Source of the DNA: Octopus bimaculoides
Lineage: Eukaryota
Direction of reading: 5' to 3'
DNA length: 64,000 nt
Assembly (NCBI RefSeq): GCF_001194135.2
Contig: NC_069000.1
Span: 10,358,075 to 10,422,074, forward strand
In this document: piece by piece, positions 62,881 to 64,000 of the stretch
Numbering within the stretch: the stretch's first letter is position 1
Layout of the letters: each line of letters starts with the position of its first letter
Made by a program: the position numbers and the translations under genes
The notes under the pieces: generated by a model
Told to the model about the DNA's origin: nothing
The model's database searches: none
What the model saw: only the letters and a program-made list of their open reading frames with translations

Positions 62881-63440
62881 AACTTTCACACATTAAATAC
62901 TCACTTCCTTGTTTGTTCAATAAGTACATTTTTTCTGCATGCATCAGTGAGTGCATGAATTTACATATATAAATATATACAAGCACACACACACACTCAT
63001 ACGGCTGAGTGGATTAAGACATGTTTTGTAACCGTATGGTTTTAGATTCTATACCAGTGTGACATCTTGGGCAAGTGTTTTCTACAATACCCTCACATTA
63101 ATAATGCATTCTGGATGAAATGTGGCAGAGATAAAGTGTATGTGCATGTATTTGTCTGTGTCTCTTCACAATGACAACACTTGAGCAACAGTGATGTTTG
63201 TCATGTCCTGTAAAAATAGAGTCTCTCAGTTCTTTGTGCTATAAAGTATCTTACTTGAAAATAGATAAAGGCTTGTGACAGGAAAGGCATCTAAGATAGA
63301 AGACTACCTCAAGAAAAACTCTCCAATCCATTCCAGCACAGACAAAAAATGTAATAAATGTATGTATGTGTGTGTCTATGTATATATATAACTGTGCTCG
63401 CTACATATTCTGATTGAGTATTCCGTATGTTATCACGTAC

Positions 63441-63540
63441 CTCCTTATGACAATGTAAACTTCATTTAATCAAGCTGTCCCTGGCCTGAAGAGTAGCCAG
63501 CGGTATACACCGCGCTCGGATATTTACCACTTCCGAGCTC
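63441..63540 (-). promoter_or_regulatory. Candidate CpG-rich promoter / non-coding first exon
   Basis: ETS motif CGGAAGTG at 63535-63528, a CpG-rich stretch, and a strong donor GAG|gtacgt at 63441/63440. Confidence 0.35.
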
Positions 63541-64000
63541 CTCCTCACTAGGAAACATATGTAGCCCGGATTTTATCTACTCCATTCCTTAACTCTTGTG
63601 TTTTTATTCACATTCCTGGCAACCTTGGCTGCCTACTGTGAAAAATAAAACAAATTTTTTCCGCTTTTCATTTGATACAAAGAAAAAAATCCACAACCTT
63701 CCCCCTCATTAAACCACTATTGTTCCTGAAAGTTGCTTCTTGAAGCTAACTTTCTTCCTACACCTCGATTCTTGGATCTTACATTTATATATATAAATTG
63801 TTGGTGGTGTCACCATATTCACTATGCAACCATAATATACTACTAAGTATATTAAAAGCTTATAAGTAAATACTGTGCCCCCACTGGTGTTACCAATGCA
63901 ATTACATCATGTTTTGAAGTTACTTCTACCGCAATGAAAGTTACAATATTTTTCTATTTTTGATCACATTGTTTACTTAGATGTATTCGTATACGAAACA

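Noticed and set aside
63480-63520. Second hammerhead-like core (CTGAAGA...gcggt/accgc)
   Set aside because: No GAAA follows the stem.

Overview
AT-rich, microsatellite-dense eukaryotic genomic DNA with eight N-gaps. The SINE, MITE and RTE repeat families are the ones I recognise from Octopus, so a coleoid cephalopod source is inferred. Most of the window is intronic or intergenic repeat: several tRNA-derived SINE families (two copies with 18-bp TSDs), a TTAA-flanked piggyBac-type MITE family, decayed RTE LINE and Penelope pieces, a hAT transposase C-terminal remnant, a Helentron-type non-autonomous element, and a near full-length but disrupted rosa-like (DD41D-type) Tc1/mariner copy at 53.16-54.49 kb. 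Splice-site reading supports a large minus-strand gene not shown in the ORF track. It has a promoter and first exon near 48.2-48.6 kb and three small frame-consistent 3' exons (27744-27758, 10204-10238, 6926-6989) encoding ...LNEKSWSDLAEVLMPFGDWLQYMPEQQIQRVE*. I cannot identify the protein and the middle exons are unresolved. Weaker candidates exist for a second minus-strand gene at 60.3-63.5 kb and a third starting near 0.3-0.8 kb. The most unusual elements are a 178-bp foldback element carrying head-to-head TTAGGG/CCCTAA arrays, a perfect 39-bp palindrome behind a TATA box within a cluster of RFX-like sites, a 15-nt microexon, and a (GAT)n-derived candidate poison exon. There is no CRISPR array, rRNA or true tRNA gene. 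I found no well-supported new multi-gene system; the findings are leads.
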